Below are positions 47,190 through 57,477 of a DNA stretch of 64,000 bases, one piece after another. This DNA is from an uncultured Gammaproteobacteria bacterium (GTDB taxonomy: Bacteria; Patescibacteriota; Microgenomatia; CAYFQP01). A program made the position numbers and the translations under genes. Position 1 is the first letter of the stretch. Each line of letters starts with the position of its first letter. Location of the stretch: assembly GCA_964345375.1 (NCBI GenBank), contig CAYFQP010000034.1, forward strand, positions 65 to 64,064, read 5' to 3'. Under the pieces are notes generated by a model. That model saw nothing but the letters and a program-made list of their open reading frames with translations, made no database searches and had not been told where the DNA came from.

Positions 47190-47544
47190 TTTCTTTCTCC
47201 TTAACCACACTACCGAGAACACCGTTGACAAAGGCTGGCGATGATTCGCTTCCGAATTCTTTAGCCAGCTCGATTGCCTCATCAATGATTACCTTAATTG
47301 GCTCTTTCTTTTTAATTTTCAGCTCAAAAATAGCCAGTCTCAAGATCGCCAAATCAAGTCGATTGATTTGTTCAATTGGCCAGAGAGGAGCTCCTTTTTT
47401 GATGATTTTGTCAGTCTTTTCTAAACTATTAATGACCTCTCGAGCCAGCTGATCATTGATCCTCTGCTTTTCAAAGCTCCAGCTGAATAAGGCTTTAAGC
47501 GCCTTTTGTCTTTTTAGATGGCGAGGGTCGCTTGCCTTTTTCAT
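47164..47544 (-). CDS. nusB: transcription antitermination factor NusB
   Basis: RHLKRQKALKALFSWSF N-terminus matching the NusB ARRxARexAvQALYqw pattern. Confidence 0.85.
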   Translation of the reverse strand: MKKASDPRHLKRQKALKALFSWSFEKQRINDQLAREVINSLEKTDKIIKKGAPLWPIEQINRLDLAILRLAIFELKIKKKEPIKVIIDEAIELAKEFGSESSPAFVNGVLGSVVKEKENGRKNSKD

Positions 47545-47734
47545 CTTTCTTTTTTTCTTTGATCTCGATTACCTTTTTACCTTTATAATAGCCACAATGG
47601 GGGCAAACCTGATGAGACTGTTTTGGCTGACCACAATTAGGACAAGGGTAAAGAGAAGAAGGCTTAATTTTTATTGCCGCTCGTCTCTTTCCCTTACGAT
47701 GAGTTGATATTCTTCTTTTAGGTAAAGCGCCCAT
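47495..47734 (-). CDS. rpmF: 50S ribosomal protein L32 with Lys-rich C-terminal extension (overlaps nusB start by 50 nt)
   Basis: MGALPKRRISTHRKGKRR...CPNCGQPKQSHQVCPHCGYYKGKKV. Confidence 0.8.
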   Translation of the reverse strand: MGALPKRRISTHRKGKRRAAIKIKPSSLYPCPNCGQPKQSHQVCPHCGYYKGKKVIEIKEKKKDEKGKRPSPSKKTKGA

Positions 47735-47779
47735 ACAGCTTATATTTTAGCTTCTTTGGAAGGCTAAAGCAAGAAGAGA

Positions 47780-49798
47780 TTAATTTGGCTCAACAGATTT
47801 TTCTTTATAATCTCTAAGTGCCTTTTTTAAAAGAGGAGATTGGGAGAGTTTGGTGATCAATTCTTCAGCGACTTGGCGACTTTTCTGGATAAGATCAAGA
47901 TCAGTGAAAGAGGCTACTCTTAGGTCAGGAAAACCGTGTTGCCTCGTGCCGTAGATTTCACCTGGGCCCCGGAGCTTTAAATCAAGCTCAGCTAAATCCA
48001 TGCCTAAGTAAACTCTCTCCATTGCCTTTAATCTCTGAAAAGCTTTTCCCTTGGTTATTTCTGTGAATAAAAGGCAAAAAGATTTTTTTTGACCGCGACC
48101 AACCCGACCCCGGAGTTGATGAAGCTGGGCTAAGCCGAATCTCTCTGCTCCTTCAATCATCATAATCGTTGCTTGAGGAATATCAATGCCCACTTCCACC
48201 ACTGGAGTGGAAACAAGAAGATCAAGTTTACCTTGCCGGAATTGATCAATGATTTTGTCTTTTTCTTTGACTTTCATCCGGCCATGGAGAAGACCGAGAT
48301 TAAGATTTTTAAAGACTTTTTTAGACAATCTCTTATATTCAACCGTCGCCGCCTTAACTGACTGAAGAGATTCAGATTCCTCGATTAAAGGACAGATGAT
48401 AAAAGCTTGTTCATCAGTGCCTTTGATTCTTTTGCTTATCCATTGATAGGCGGCTTCTCGTTTGCTTGGCGGCACGACCCAGGTTTTGACCTTTTTCCTG
48501 CCTGGAGGCATTTGATCGATGATTGAGAGATCAAGGTCACCATAAAGAGTTAAGGCGATTGTTCGAGGGATTGGAGTGGCGGTCATGGTTAAGATGTGAG
48601 GCGCTTTGCCTCTTTTAATCAGCCTGGCTCTTTGTTCAACGCCAAAGCGATGCTGTTCGTCAATAATCGCCAAACCAAGTTTGGCAAAATGAGCCCGGCG
48701 ATGAATTAGAGCATGGGTGCCGACAAGAAGATCAAATTGGTTTTTAGTTTTTTTTCTGCCTCCGGTCAGGAGTTCAACTTTTACTCCAAGAGAAGAAAGC
48801 ATCTGTTTTAAAGTAATAAAGTGCTGGTTAGCTAAAATAGCGGTCGGTGCCATGACGGCTGTTTGGAAGCCATTAAGAAAAGCAACATAGGCCGCAACAG
48901 CAGCAACCACGGTTTTTCCTGAACCAACATCACCTTCGAGAAGACGGTTCATTGGTTTATTTTTAGAGAGATCTTTTAAGATTTCCTTAACACACCTTTT
49001 TTGGGCCTTGGTTAATTCAAAAGGAAGAAGACTAAGGAATTCAAGAATCTTTTCTTGATCAACCGAGAACTGATGGGCTAGATTCTTTTTTTGCCATTCT
49101 TTCTTCCTTTTTAGGCCAGCCAGCTGGACAAAAAAGAGTTCGTCAAAAGCGAGTCTTTTTCTGGCTTTTTCTGCCTGAGTTTTATTTTCCGGAAAGTGGA
49201 TCCATTTAATTGCTTGAGCTAAGTCGATTAAATCATTTTTCTTCTTGATTTTATCAGCAAGGAAATCATCAACCTCAGGCAAAACTTGGCCTAATAATGG
49301 TGAGATTCTTGACCGAAGCCATTTAGAGGAAACCCTGGCAGTTTCCGGATAGACAGGTACTAACCTACCCGTGTGGATGGTTGGTTTATCTTCTAATCTT
49401 AAAAATTCATATTGAGGGGAAACCATGACGATTTTCCGGCCAAACCAATCAACTTTACCCGAAAAACTATACTTCTCCCCTATCTTGATGGTTTTGACCA
49501 AAAAGGGCTGATTAAACCAGACAACTTCAATTTCTCCGGATTGATCTTGAATAACTCCTTTCTGGATTTTTTTACCTGACTTAGTATATTCATTTTTCAT
49601 TGAGACAACCTCTCCCCTAATAGTGGCTGTTTCGCCAGGCTGGAGTCTATTGATCGGAGAAATCAGAGTTAGGTCATCATAACGAAAAGGAAAATGATAG
49701 ATTAAATCTTTGACTGTCTTAATCTTTAATTTTTCCAACCTTTTAGCATAAGTTGGACCAACCATGAAAATTTTTGAGGCTGGTGTATCAAGCTTCAT
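47780..49798 (-). CDS. recG: ATP-dependent DNA helicase RecG
   Basis: Wedge domain, helicase motifs (GDVGSGKT, DEQHRFG, QLRGRVGRG). Confidence 0.9.
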   Translation of the reverse strand: MKLDTPASKIFMVGPTYAKRLEKLKIKTVKDLIYHFPFRYDDLTLISPINRLQPGETATIRGEVVSMKNEYTKSGKKIQKGVIQDQSGEIEVVWFNQPFLVKTIKIGEKYSFSGKVDWFGRKIVMVSPQYEFLRLEDKPTIHTGRLVPVYPETARVSSKWLRSRISPLLGQVLPEVDDFLADKIKKKNDLIDLAQAIKWIHFPENKTQAEKARKRLAFDELFFVQLAGLKRKKEWQKKNLAHQFSVDQEKILEFLSLLPFELTKAQKRCVKEILKDLSKNKPMNRLLEGDVGSGKTVVAAVAAYVAFLNGFQTAVMAPTAILANQHFITLKQMLSSLGVKVELLTGGRKKTKNQFDLLVGTHALIHRRAHFAKLGLAIIDEQHRFGVEQRARLIKRGKAPHILTMTATPIPRTIALTLYGDLDLSIIDQMPPGRKKVKTWVVPPSKREAAYQWISKRIKGTDEQAFIICPLIEESESLQSVKAATVEYKRLSKKVFKNLNLGLLHGRMKVKEKDKIIDQFRQGKLDLLVSTPVVEVGIDIPQATIMMIEGAERFGLAQLHQLRGRVGRGQKKSFCLLFTEITKGKAFQRLKAMERVYLGMDLAELDLKLRGPGEIYGTRQHGFPDLRVASFTDLDLIQKSRQVAEELITKLSQSPLLKKALRDYKEKSVEPN

Positions 49799-49946
49799 CT
49801 TAGGCTAATTATATCACCCTTAATAGAAGATACTGGAGAAAAGAGGAATTAGTGAGGTTAGAATTAAGGCTAGGCCAGCAATAATAACCATGACTGTCCA
49901 AAGCTTTTTCTGTTTCTTAGAAAGTCTCATACAAATGAAATTACAA

Positions 49947-51140
49947 TTAATCCGAGTTAACCCGAATTTTTAGAAATTTCAATCTTCCCACTCTTAATAT
50001 TTCTCCACCTTTTAGATGAACTTTATATTGTGGATCCTTAATAGTCTTTTTGTTTAGTTTTACTGCTCCCTCTTTAATAAGTCGTTTTGCGTTAGCCCTA
50101 GTCATGGGGACGGCATAGTTAACTAATTGTGCAAGCGTATAATCACCGCGACACATTTTCTTGGGGATAGAAGCTGTAGGAATTTTCCTTGGCAATTCTC
50201 TTTTCTGAAATACTTTCTCAAAGTATTTTTGAGCCTCATTAGCTGCTTTTTCTCCATGATAAAGTTTAACCAATTCCCAAGCAAGCTGTTTTTTCAATTT
50301 CATTGGGTTGGTTTTAAGAGACTTTTTATATTCTTCAATCTTTTTTAAAGGGACATTGGTGCACATTTCAGAGTATTCAATAATTAAATCATCAACCATC
50401 GACATCACCTTGCCATAGATATCATTAGGTTTATCGAGAAGATTAATCGTATTACCCGAGGTTTTACTCATCATTTTTCCATCTAAACCAGTAATCATCT
50501 TGGTGGTTAGAACAAACATCTCCTTCTTGTTGTAGATTTTTTGCAAGGTTCTTCCGGCCAGCATGTTAAAGGTTTGGTCACTGCCTCCTACTTGAAGATC
50601 AACGTTCATGGCGACCGCGTCATAGCCTTGAAGTAAAGGATAGAGAAACTCGTGAAGAAAAATTGGTTTTCTATCTTTTAATCTTCTTTGAAACAAGTCT
50701 CTCTCAATCATTTGCTGAACCGTAAAATTTGAAGCTAACTTAATGATTTCAGCAAAATCTAATTTTGAAAGCCACTGAGAGTTGTATTTTATTCTTGCCT
50801 TAGAAAAATCAAGGATTTTAGAAGCTTGTTGGCGATAAGTGACCATGTTTTCTTTGATTTCTTTTAAAGTTAGACTTTTTCTAGCTTTTTCATGGCCTGA
50901 GGGATCACCGCAAAGAGCAGTGAAATCACCAACAAGGAAAATAACTTGATGACCTAGTTCAACTAATTCCTGGAGTTTCATTAAAGGAATGGCATGGCCA
51001 AGATGGAGATTGACTCCAGTTGGATCAATACCTAGATAAAGGCTGATTTTTCTGCCAGAACGAAGAACCTTCTCAAAGGCCTCTTTAGAAGGATAAATCT
51101 TCTCCACTCTTCGGCTCAAAACTTCATCGATTTTGTCCAT
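49947..51140 (-). CDS. tyrS: tyrosyl-tRNA synthetase with C-terminal S4 domain
   Basis: HLGH (HIGH) motif, KMSKTSGN (KMSKS) motif, S4-like C-terminus. Confidence 0.9.
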   Translation of the reverse strand: MDKIDEVLSRRVEKIYPSKEAFEKVLRSGRKISLYLGIDPTGVNLHLGHAIPLMKLQELVELGHQVIFLVGDFTALCGDPSGHEKARKSLTLKEIKENMVTYRQQASKILDFSKARIKYNSQWLSKLDFAEIIKLASNFTVQQMIERDLFQRRLKDRKPIFLHEFLYPLLQGYDAVAMNVDLQVGGSDQTFNMLAGRTLQKIYNKKEMFVLTTKMITGLDGKMMSKTSGNTINLLDKPNDIYGKVMSMVDDLIIEYSEMCTNVPLKKIEEYKKSLKTNPMKLKKQLAWELVKLYHGEKAANEAQKYFEKVFQKRELPRKIPTASIPKKMCRGDYTLAQLVNYAVPMTRANAKRLIKEGAVKLNKKTIKDPQYKVHLKGGEILRVGRLKFLKIRVNSD

Positions 51141-51198
51141 TAAGACAAGTATACCATAATTTCTTGCTTCTAGAAGAGGAATTAGGTAGAATTTTTAT

Positions 51199-53820
51199 AT
51201 GTCCTGGAAAAGAGCTTGGCGAAAGCGGGTGAAAGAGGCAGAGTCTTACCGCCGAAGAACAAGAAGAACCTCATATCGAAGCTTAAGAGTTGCTCGGGCT
51301 CAGTTAATCTCCCGGTTTTCTAAACTGACTCTTCTGGCGGTTATTGCTGGCGTTTTATTTACTGCCTTTCTTTTTATCTGGTATGCTCGAGATTTACCTC
51401 GACCAGACCGGATTGTTAGGAAGGAGGGTTTTGCGACTAAGATTTATGATCGAAACAATGAGCTTCTCTATGACGTCTTTGCTGAGCAAAGAAGAACCCC
51501 AGTCAAGCTAGACGAAGTGCCTCTTTATCTTCGTCAGGCAACTGTGGCCATTGAAGACAAGAATTTCTACGCCCATCGAGGGTTTGATCCCACTGGTTGG
51601 ATGAGAGCGGTTTTTAATATTTTTGTTCGCCGAAGGCTTCAAGGAGGTTCAACTTTAACCCAACAATTAGTCAAAAATGTTCTCCTGACTCCAGAAAGAA
51701 CCATCACCCGAAAAATTAAGGAATTTATCTTAGCTGTTCAAATTGAGAGTCGTTATAGCAAAGACCAGATTCTCCAGATGTATCTCAATGAGGCTCCTTA
51801 TGGCGGTACAGCCTGGGGAGTTGAAGCTGCGGCTGAGATTTATTTTGAAAAGAAAGTTTCTGACTTAACCCTGGTTGAGTCAGCTATTCTGGCGGGCCTG
51901 CCTCAACGACCCTCAGCCTATTCTCCTTTTGGTGAGGACCCTAAAGCCTATCTCTGGCGAACCGAACAGGTTTTAAGAAGAATGAGGGAAGACGACTATA
52001 TTACTTCTGAGCAGGAAGAAGAGGCAAAAAAACAGTTAGCTGAAGTTGAGTTTGCGGCCGAAGGTCCTGGTTTCCGGGCGCCTCACTTTGTCATGTATGT
52101 TAAAAAACTACTTGAAGAAAGGTATGGCGCCAGGATGGTTGAACAAGGCGGTTTGAGAGTAACCACCACCCTTGATTTAGACCTTCAGGAAACAGCTCAA
52201 GAAGTGGTGGCCGAGGAAATTGCCAAGGTTGAAGGAATTCACATTACCAATGGTGCCGCCCTGATAATCGATCCCCAAACCGGAGAAATTCTAGCCATGG
52301 TAGGCTCAAAGAATTATAATGATCCGGATTATGATGGTAAAGTCAATGTCACTCTTTCTCTTCGTCAGCCTGGTTCAGCCATCAAGCCGGTCACCTATGT
52401 GACTGCTTTTAAGGAAGGTTATACCCCTTCATCTTTAATTATGGATGTTAAGACCTCTTTTCCAGGAGGTAACAAACCTGAGTATGTGCCCGTTAATTAT
52501 GATGGCCAATTTCATGGACCTTTACAAATAAGGTATGCTCTCGGTAGCTCAATTAATATTCCGGCAGTGAAAATGCTGGCAATGGTCGGAGTGAAAGACA
52601 TGCTTCAGACAGCCTGGGAAATGGGCTTTACCACTTTAGAGCCAACCCAAGAAAATCTCAGTCGTCTCGGTCTCTCAGTTACTCTTGGCGGAGGTGAGGT
52701 AAGATTATTGGACATGGTTTCTGCCTATTCAGCCTTTGCTAATGGAGGCTATAAGGTAACGCCAACAGCCATTTTGAAGGTGACTGACAAAGATGGCCAC
52801 GTTTTGGAAGAGAGCCAACCCAAAAAAGGAAGAAGGGTTCTGACCGAAGAACAGACTTTCCTGATTAATCATATTCTTTCTGATAATACTGCCCGTTTGA
52901 TCACCTTTGGTGAAAATTCACTGATTAATCTTCAAGGAGTAGCCGCTAAGACAGGGACAACCAATGATAAACGAGATAACTGGACGGTTGGCTGGACGCC
53001 TTCAATTATTACCGGAGTCTGGGTGGGTAATAATGACAATACAGAGATGAAGCAGGTAGCTTCAGGTGTTTCCGGAGCAGCCCCGATTTGGCGAAGGATT
53101 ATTCTTGAAGCCTTAAAAGAAAGACCTCAACGAGGTTTTGAAATTCCTTCAGGGACTGTCACCGCTGAGGTTGATAAAATTTCTGGCTACCGAGCTCATG
53201 ATGGTTTTCCTTCAAGAATGGAGTTTTTTATCAAAGGGACTGAGCCTCAAGGAGAGGATCCGGTTCACACAAAATTAAAAATTTGTAAAAGCGAAGGGAA
53301 ATTAGCCACCCCAGTCGATATTGCCCGGGGTGATTATGATGAAAAAGAATATTTTGTTTTTAAAGAGAGCGATCCTCTGACTGATGAAGACCGTTGGCAG
53401 AAAGGGATTGATGGATGGCTAGCCGGGATTGGTGATGAAAGATATCATCCGCCAACAGAGTATTGTGGTACTTCAGGCCAGATTGAAGTCAGGATTGAAG
53501 AGCCAGAGAACCAGTCAGAAGTTGATTCAAGCTTCAGGGTCGTGGTTAGACCAATTTCGATTAATAAAATTAAAAAAGTGGAGATTTATATTGACGGCGA
53601 GAAGAAAGCGAGTATTGATAGTCCCCCATTCGAGCGAGACTTTACCTTAAGTGATGGCACTTATACGATTAAGGCAAAAGCTGAAGACGAGAAAGGTAAT
53701 TCAGGTGAAACAGAGATTAAGATTGGGGTTAATCTTCCCTGGGACTGGTCTCCCACACCAACACCAACTATGACTCCCACACCAACTCCAATCCCAACTC
53801 TTTCACCCACACCAACTTAA
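51199..53820 (+). CDS. class A penicillin-binding protein (PBP1A-type glycosyltransferase/transpeptidase) with extra C-terminal domain and PT-rich tail
   Basis: GT51 motifs (EDKNFYAHRGFD, GGSTLTQQLVKN), SAIKP (SxxK), KTGTTND (KTG), C-terminal WSPTPTPTMTPTPTPIPTLSPTPT. Confidence 0.9.
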   Translation: MSWKRAWRKRVKEAESYRRRTRRTSYRSLRVARAQLISRFSKLTLLAVIAGVLFTAFLFIWYARDLPRPDRIVRKEGFATKIYDRNNELLYDVFAEQRRTPVKLDEVPLYLRQATVAIEDKNFYAHRGFDPTGWMRAVFNIFVRRRLQGGSTLTQQLVKNVLLTPERTITRKIKEFILAVQIESRYSKDQILQMYLNEAPYGGTAWGVEAAAEIYFEKKVSDLTLVESAILAGLPQRPSAYSPFGEDPKAYLWRTEQVLRRMREDDYITSEQEEEAKKQLAEVEFAAEGPGFRAPHFVMYVKKLLEERYGARMVEQGGLRVTTTLDLDLQETAQEVVAEEIAKVEGIHITNGAALIIDPQTGEILAMVGSKNYNDPDYDGKVNVTLSLRQPGSAIKPVTYVTAFKEGYTPSSLIMDVKTSFPGGNKPEYVPVNYDGQFHGPLQIRYALGSSINIPAVKMLAMVGVKDMLQTAWEMGFTTLEPTQENLSRLGLSVTLGGGEVRLLDMVSAYSAFANGGYKVTPTAILKVTDKDGHVLEESQPKKGRRVLTEEQTFLINHILSDNTARLITFGENSLINLQGVAAKTGTTNDKRDNWTVGWTPSIITGVWVGNNDNTEMKQVASGVSGAAPIWRRIILEALKERPQRGFEIPSGTVTAEVDKISGYRAHDGFPSRMEFFIKGTEPQGEDPVHTKLKICKSEGKLATPVDIARGDYDEKEYFVFKESDPLTDEDRWQKGIDGWLAGIGDERYHPPTEYCGTSGQIEVRIEEPENQSEVDSSFRVVVRPISINKIKKVEIYIDGEKKASIDSPPFERDFTLSDGTYTIKAKAEDEKGNSGETEIKIGVNLPWDWSPTPTPTMTPTPTPIPTLSPTPT

Positions 53821-53996
53821 TAGTCTTTTTATATAATTGATTCTTAATTCGTATTTTGTTAGAATTCCCCTACTGGTTCTTTTAAGATCAGCGCCCATGA
53901 GAGAAAGAGTAAAATTTCCTGCCCTCTTGGAAATGCCTCTTAAGCCATCCGAGGGAGAGTGGGTAGAGGCTAGTTTTAGAAAAAGAACCTCCAGAG

Positions 53997-54248
53997 ATGA
54001 CTGGAATTGAGAAAGAACAGGCAATTTATCCTTTGCCAGCTAAAGACATGAAGAGTCTTTTGCTAGAGTACTTTGAAGGACTAGATAAGCTTTATCAGCC
54101 TGTTTTTTTGAATTTGATAAGATCAGAAAGGACTAAGGAGAATTGGGTAATCGTGCCTGCAACAGGCGAAAAAGAACTAGAAAATGGGACCCACTATTTA
54201 ATTAGGATAGAAGATGCTTATGAATGGTTAAGAGAAGAGTTCTTCTAA
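53997..54248 (+). CDS. small hypothetical protein
   Basis: 83-aa ORF, convergent with pheT (4-nt overlap), non-repetitive composition. Confidence 0.35.
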   Translation: MTGIEKEQAIYPLPAKDMKSLLLEYFEGLDKLYQPVFLNLIRSERTKENWVIVPATGEKELENGTHYLIRIEDAYEWLREEFF

Positions 54249-56293
54249 GATGTTTTAAGGCTTGCTCCGGATTTTTGTTTTACTTTTTTAATCACCTTTT
54301 CTCTGATTTTGCCTACTTCTTTATCAGTCAAAGTCCTTTTTGGGTTTTGATAAGTGATTCTTAAGGTTCGATTGTTTTTATAAGTATCAATTAATTCTAC
54401 TTTTTGAATAATTGAACTGGTATCTTTAATCAATTGAATCAAATCACCAACTGGTGTTTTAGGTTTAAGAACAAAAGTTAAGTCTTCAACAATGACTGGG
54501 TATTTAGGGATGGGAGTATATGTTTTAGTAGTGGTTGCCAGTTTGGTTAATTTTTTAAAGTCGAGATCAAAAATAATTACCTTTTCTTCTATTTCAAATT
54601 TAGCCAATCTTTGAGAACTGATTTCTCCAATAGTTCCTAATAAATCTTTACTGGTTTCAATGATGGCTGTTTTACCAGAGGCAAAATACGGTTCTCTACC
54701 CACCCAAGGCTTAAAACTAAGATTATCAATTCCCATTTGTTTAAGAAGAAGTTCACAGACGCCTTTGAGATAGGAGAACTTCTTGCCTGTTACCAAGCAG
54801 ATAAGTCTTGGCCTCTCGTCTGGTAATTTCTTTTCTTGAGGAAGGTAAATACTAGCGAGCTCAAAAATTTTCATTCGAGGAAAAAAGGCTTGATTTTGAG
54901 CACAGGTTTTAAGAAGGGAAGGAACCAGAGAGGTCCGAAGATATTTAAGTTCATTGGTCAGAGGATTTTGGAGTTTAAGGTGGTTTTTTGTCTTTAGTCC
55001 AGCCTGCTTAATCAATTCTTCGCTGGTGAAAGAATAATTGTAAATCTCAGAGAATCCCTGGCTAACGAGAAAGTCCTTAATTTTATTTTCCCATTGAAAG
55101 TAAGGCTCGATTTTGCCTTTTTTAGGTTGAGGGAGAGGTGAAAAACCATATTGGGAGTCAAGAGGTGGTAAATTACTGGGGAGGCGGTGATAGCCATAAA
55201 CTCGGGTCACTTCTTCAACTAGATCTTCTTCAATAGCAATGTCTTGAGTCCGCCAAGTAGGTGCTTGGACCTTAAGAGATTTTGATGAAGAGCTGATAAT
55301 TTTAAAACCAAGAGAGTTTAAGATTCTTTTAACCTTTTCTGGGCTTAGCCTAATTCCTACTCTTGATTCCAAAAATTTGTAATTTAATTCAATCTCTGCC
55401 CTTTTTTGTGGTTTGGGATAAATATCGATTAGTTTACTGGCCACTACTCCTCCCGAAAGATCTTTTACCATCTTTACTCCTTGAGCCATGACCGGAAGGA
55501 TACCCTCAAGATCGATCCCCCGTTCAAATCTAGCCGCAGCATCAGTCCGAAGACCAAGAGCAAAGGATGTTTTTCTAATCCTGGTTGGATTGTAAGCTTG
55601 GACAAAAAAGAGAACTCGTTGAGTTTTTTCATCAATTTGACTATTTTCTGCTCCCATAATGCCACAAAGGTCGATTAATCTTCCTTCACCGTCTTCAATA
55701 ACAATGTCTCCACCTGGTAATTCTCGATTGATTCCATCTAAAGTAGTTATCTTTTCTCCTGGTTTAGAAAGCCTCATGATCATCTTTTGCCCCAGAATTT
55801 TATCGTAATCAAAAGTGTGAATAGGCTGGCCGGTTTCAATCATTAAATAGTTTGAAATATCAACCACATTTGAAAGAGAACGGATGCCTACTTTTTCTAA
55901 TCTTTCAGCTAGCCATTTTGGTGAAGGTTTAATTTTCACTTGATCAATAACTATGGCTGAAAATCGTGGGCAAATATCTTTCTCTTTTATCTCAACCTCA
56001 AGCTGATATTTTGGCTGTTTAACCTCATTAATTGAAGGAATTTTTGGAGACTTAAAACTGGCCTTAATGCCAAATTCAGGTAGGACAGTAGCTGCCTCTC
56101 GGGCAATACCGACAATTGATAGACAATCATATCGATTGACCGTAATTTCGATTTCCAGAATAGAGTCACCTTTCTTTTTATGAATTTTTTCCACTGACTG
56201 GCTACATAGCGAGAGAGCTTCAGCTGTTTTTTCTGGACTAGCTGAAGTTTTAAGAAACTCTTTCAGCCAAGAATAAGGAACAAGGATATTCAT
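54245..56293 (-). CDS. pheT: phenylalanyl-tRNA synthetase beta subunit (short form)
   Basis: B3/B4, B5 and catalytic-like domains; 682 aa. Confidence 0.9.
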   Translation of the reverse strand: MNILVPYSWLKEFLKTSASPEKTAEALSLCSQSVEKIHKKKGDSILEIEITVNRYDCLSIVGIAREAATVLPEFGIKASFKSPKIPSINEVKQPKYQLEVEIKEKDICPRFSAIVIDQVKIKPSPKWLAERLEKVGIRSLSNVVDISNYLMIETGQPIHTFDYDKILGQKMIMRLSKPGEKITTLDGINRELPGGDIVIEDGEGRLIDLCGIMGAENSQIDEKTQRVLFFVQAYNPTRIRKTSFALGLRTDAAARFERGIDLEGILPVMAQGVKMVKDLSGGVVASKLIDIYPKPQKRAEIELNYKFLESRVGIRLSPEKVKRILNSLGFKIISSSSKSLKVQAPTWRTQDIAIEEDLVEEVTRVYGYHRLPSNLPPLDSQYGFSPLPQPKKGKIEPYFQWENKIKDFLVSQGFSEIYNYSFTSEELIKQAGLKTKNHLKLQNPLTNELKYLRTSLVPSLLKTCAQNQAFFPRMKIFELASIYLPQEKKLPDERPRLICLVTGKKFSYLKGVCELLLKQMGIDNLSFKPWVGREPYFASGKTAIIETSKDLLGTIGEISSQRLAKFEIEEKVIIFDLDFKKLTKLATTTKTYTPIPKYPVIVEDLTFVLKPKTPVGDLIQLIKDTSSIIQKVELIDTYKNNRTLRITYQNPKRTLTDKEVGKIREKVIKKVKQKSGASLKTS

Positions 56294-56295
56294 AA

Positions 56296-57330
56296 TTAGA
56301 ATTGGTTAATAAATCTTAAATCAGGCTCATATAAAGGCCGAATATCATCTAAGTTAAGTCCAGATTTCATTAAGTAATTCCTTTCTACTCCCCAACCAAA
56401 AGCAAAGCCTGAATATTTCCTTGGATCAATACCGCCGGATTCAAGAACAAGAGGATGGACCATTCCTGAGCCTCCTAATTCGTGCCAACCGCCTTTACAA
56501 ACTTTGCAGCCTTTACCTAGACAAAGAGGGCAATTAACGTCAACTTCAAAGGATGGTTCAGTGAACTGAAAATGGAAAGGCCGGAGACGGATTTTTCTCT
56601 TTGGGCCAAAGAAGTTTTTGGCAAAATAATCGAAAACCCCTTTTAGGTGAGTGACATTAATTCCCCTATCAATTACTAATCCTTCAAACTGGTGAAAGGT
56701 TGGCGTATGGGTAGCATCGTAATTAGGCCGGCCACAACGACCAATATTAATCATTCTAATTGGCGGTTCAGTTCTTTGCATTTCCCTGATTTGGCCTGAG
56801 GATGTATGGGGGGTGATAACCATCCTGCCATATTTTGAATGAGGCTTTTGATCAACAAAAAAGCTTTCAAAGTCATCTCTAGCCGGATGATCCTCGGGCA
56901 TGTTAAGAGCCTCAAAAGCAAACCATTCCCACTCAACCTCTGGATAGCTAACCCGGATAAAACCGATTTTTTCAAAAACAACCGAAATTTCTTTTATCGC
57001 CTGGCTGATTAAATGAAGATGTCCTTGAGGAATTTTTTCTCCAGGGACAGTGATGTCAGACCATTCTTTATCTTCAGGAGGAATTCTTTGAAGTTTGGCT
57101 TGAGTTTGTTCAAGAGCGTCTTCAATTGCTTTCTTGACATCATTAAGAAGACCACCGATTTCTTTTCTTTTTTCGACTTCGAGTTCGGGTAACTCTTTGA
57201 TAAGCTTGGTAATCTCCCCTTTTCGGCCTAGATATTGGATTCTTAATCTCTCTAACTCTTTTTTATCCTCAGCCTCAAGAATACTAGAAATGGCTTGATT
57301 TTTAAGATTTTGAATTTTATTGATATTCAT
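56296..57330 (-). CDS. pheS: phenylalanyl-tRNA synthetase alpha subunit
   Basis: Class II motifs (FRPFHFQFTEPSFEVD, GWGVER). Confidence 0.9.
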   Translation of the reverse strand: MNINKIQNLKNQAISSILEAEDKKELERLRIQYLGRKGEITKLIKELPELEVEKRKEIGGLLNDVKKAIEDALEQTQAKLQRIPPEDKEWSDITVPGEKIPQGHLHLISQAIKEISVVFEKIGFIRVSYPEVEWEWFAFEALNMPEDHPARDDFESFFVDQKPHSKYGRMVITPHTSSGQIREMQRTEPPIRMINIGRCGRPNYDATHTPTFHQFEGLVIDRGINVTHLKGVFDYFAKNFFGPKRKIRLRPFHFQFTEPSFEVDVNCPLCLGKGCKVCKGGWHELGGSGMVHPLVLESGGIDPRKYSGFAFGWGVERNYLMKSGLNLDDIRPLYEPDLRFINQF

Positions 57331-57363
57331 CTTATTTTATTCTAGCAGATTTTAAGTTTTTTC

Positions 57364-57391
57364 AACAAAAAAACTCTCCTGGGGAGAGTTT
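57364..57391 (-). terminator. intrinsic terminator 40 nt upstream of pheS (attenuator terminator)
   Basis: Minus-strand RNA AAACUCUCC-CCA-GGAGAGUUU followed by UUUUUUG. Confidence 0.65.
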
Positions 57392-57429
57392 AAAAAATGC
57401 CAAAACCAACCTCTCCCTTTTATTCCTGC

Positions 57430-57477
57430 TTATCTAAAGAAAAAATATAAGCAATGGGAGTTGGTTGGTTTTCGCAT
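57430..57477 (-). CDS. pheST leader peptide MRKPTNSHCLYFFFR (three consecutive Phe codons UUU UUC UUU)
   Basis: ATG 13 nt after the rplT stop. The ORF sits inside alternative hairpins: segment 1 AACCAACCAACUCCC pairs with segment 2 GGGAGAGGUUGGUU, and segment 2 GGGAGAG can instead pair with the CUCUCCC of the terminator 5' arm. Confidence 0.55.
   Translation of the reverse strand: MRKPTNSHCLYFFFR

Noticed and set aside
49820-49930. 36-aa minus-strand ORF (MRLSKKQKKLWTVMVIIAGLALILTSLIPLFSSIFY) between recG and tyrS
   Set aside because: A plausible small TM peptide, but too short to support from sequence alone; below the ORF-track threshold and without conservation evidence.
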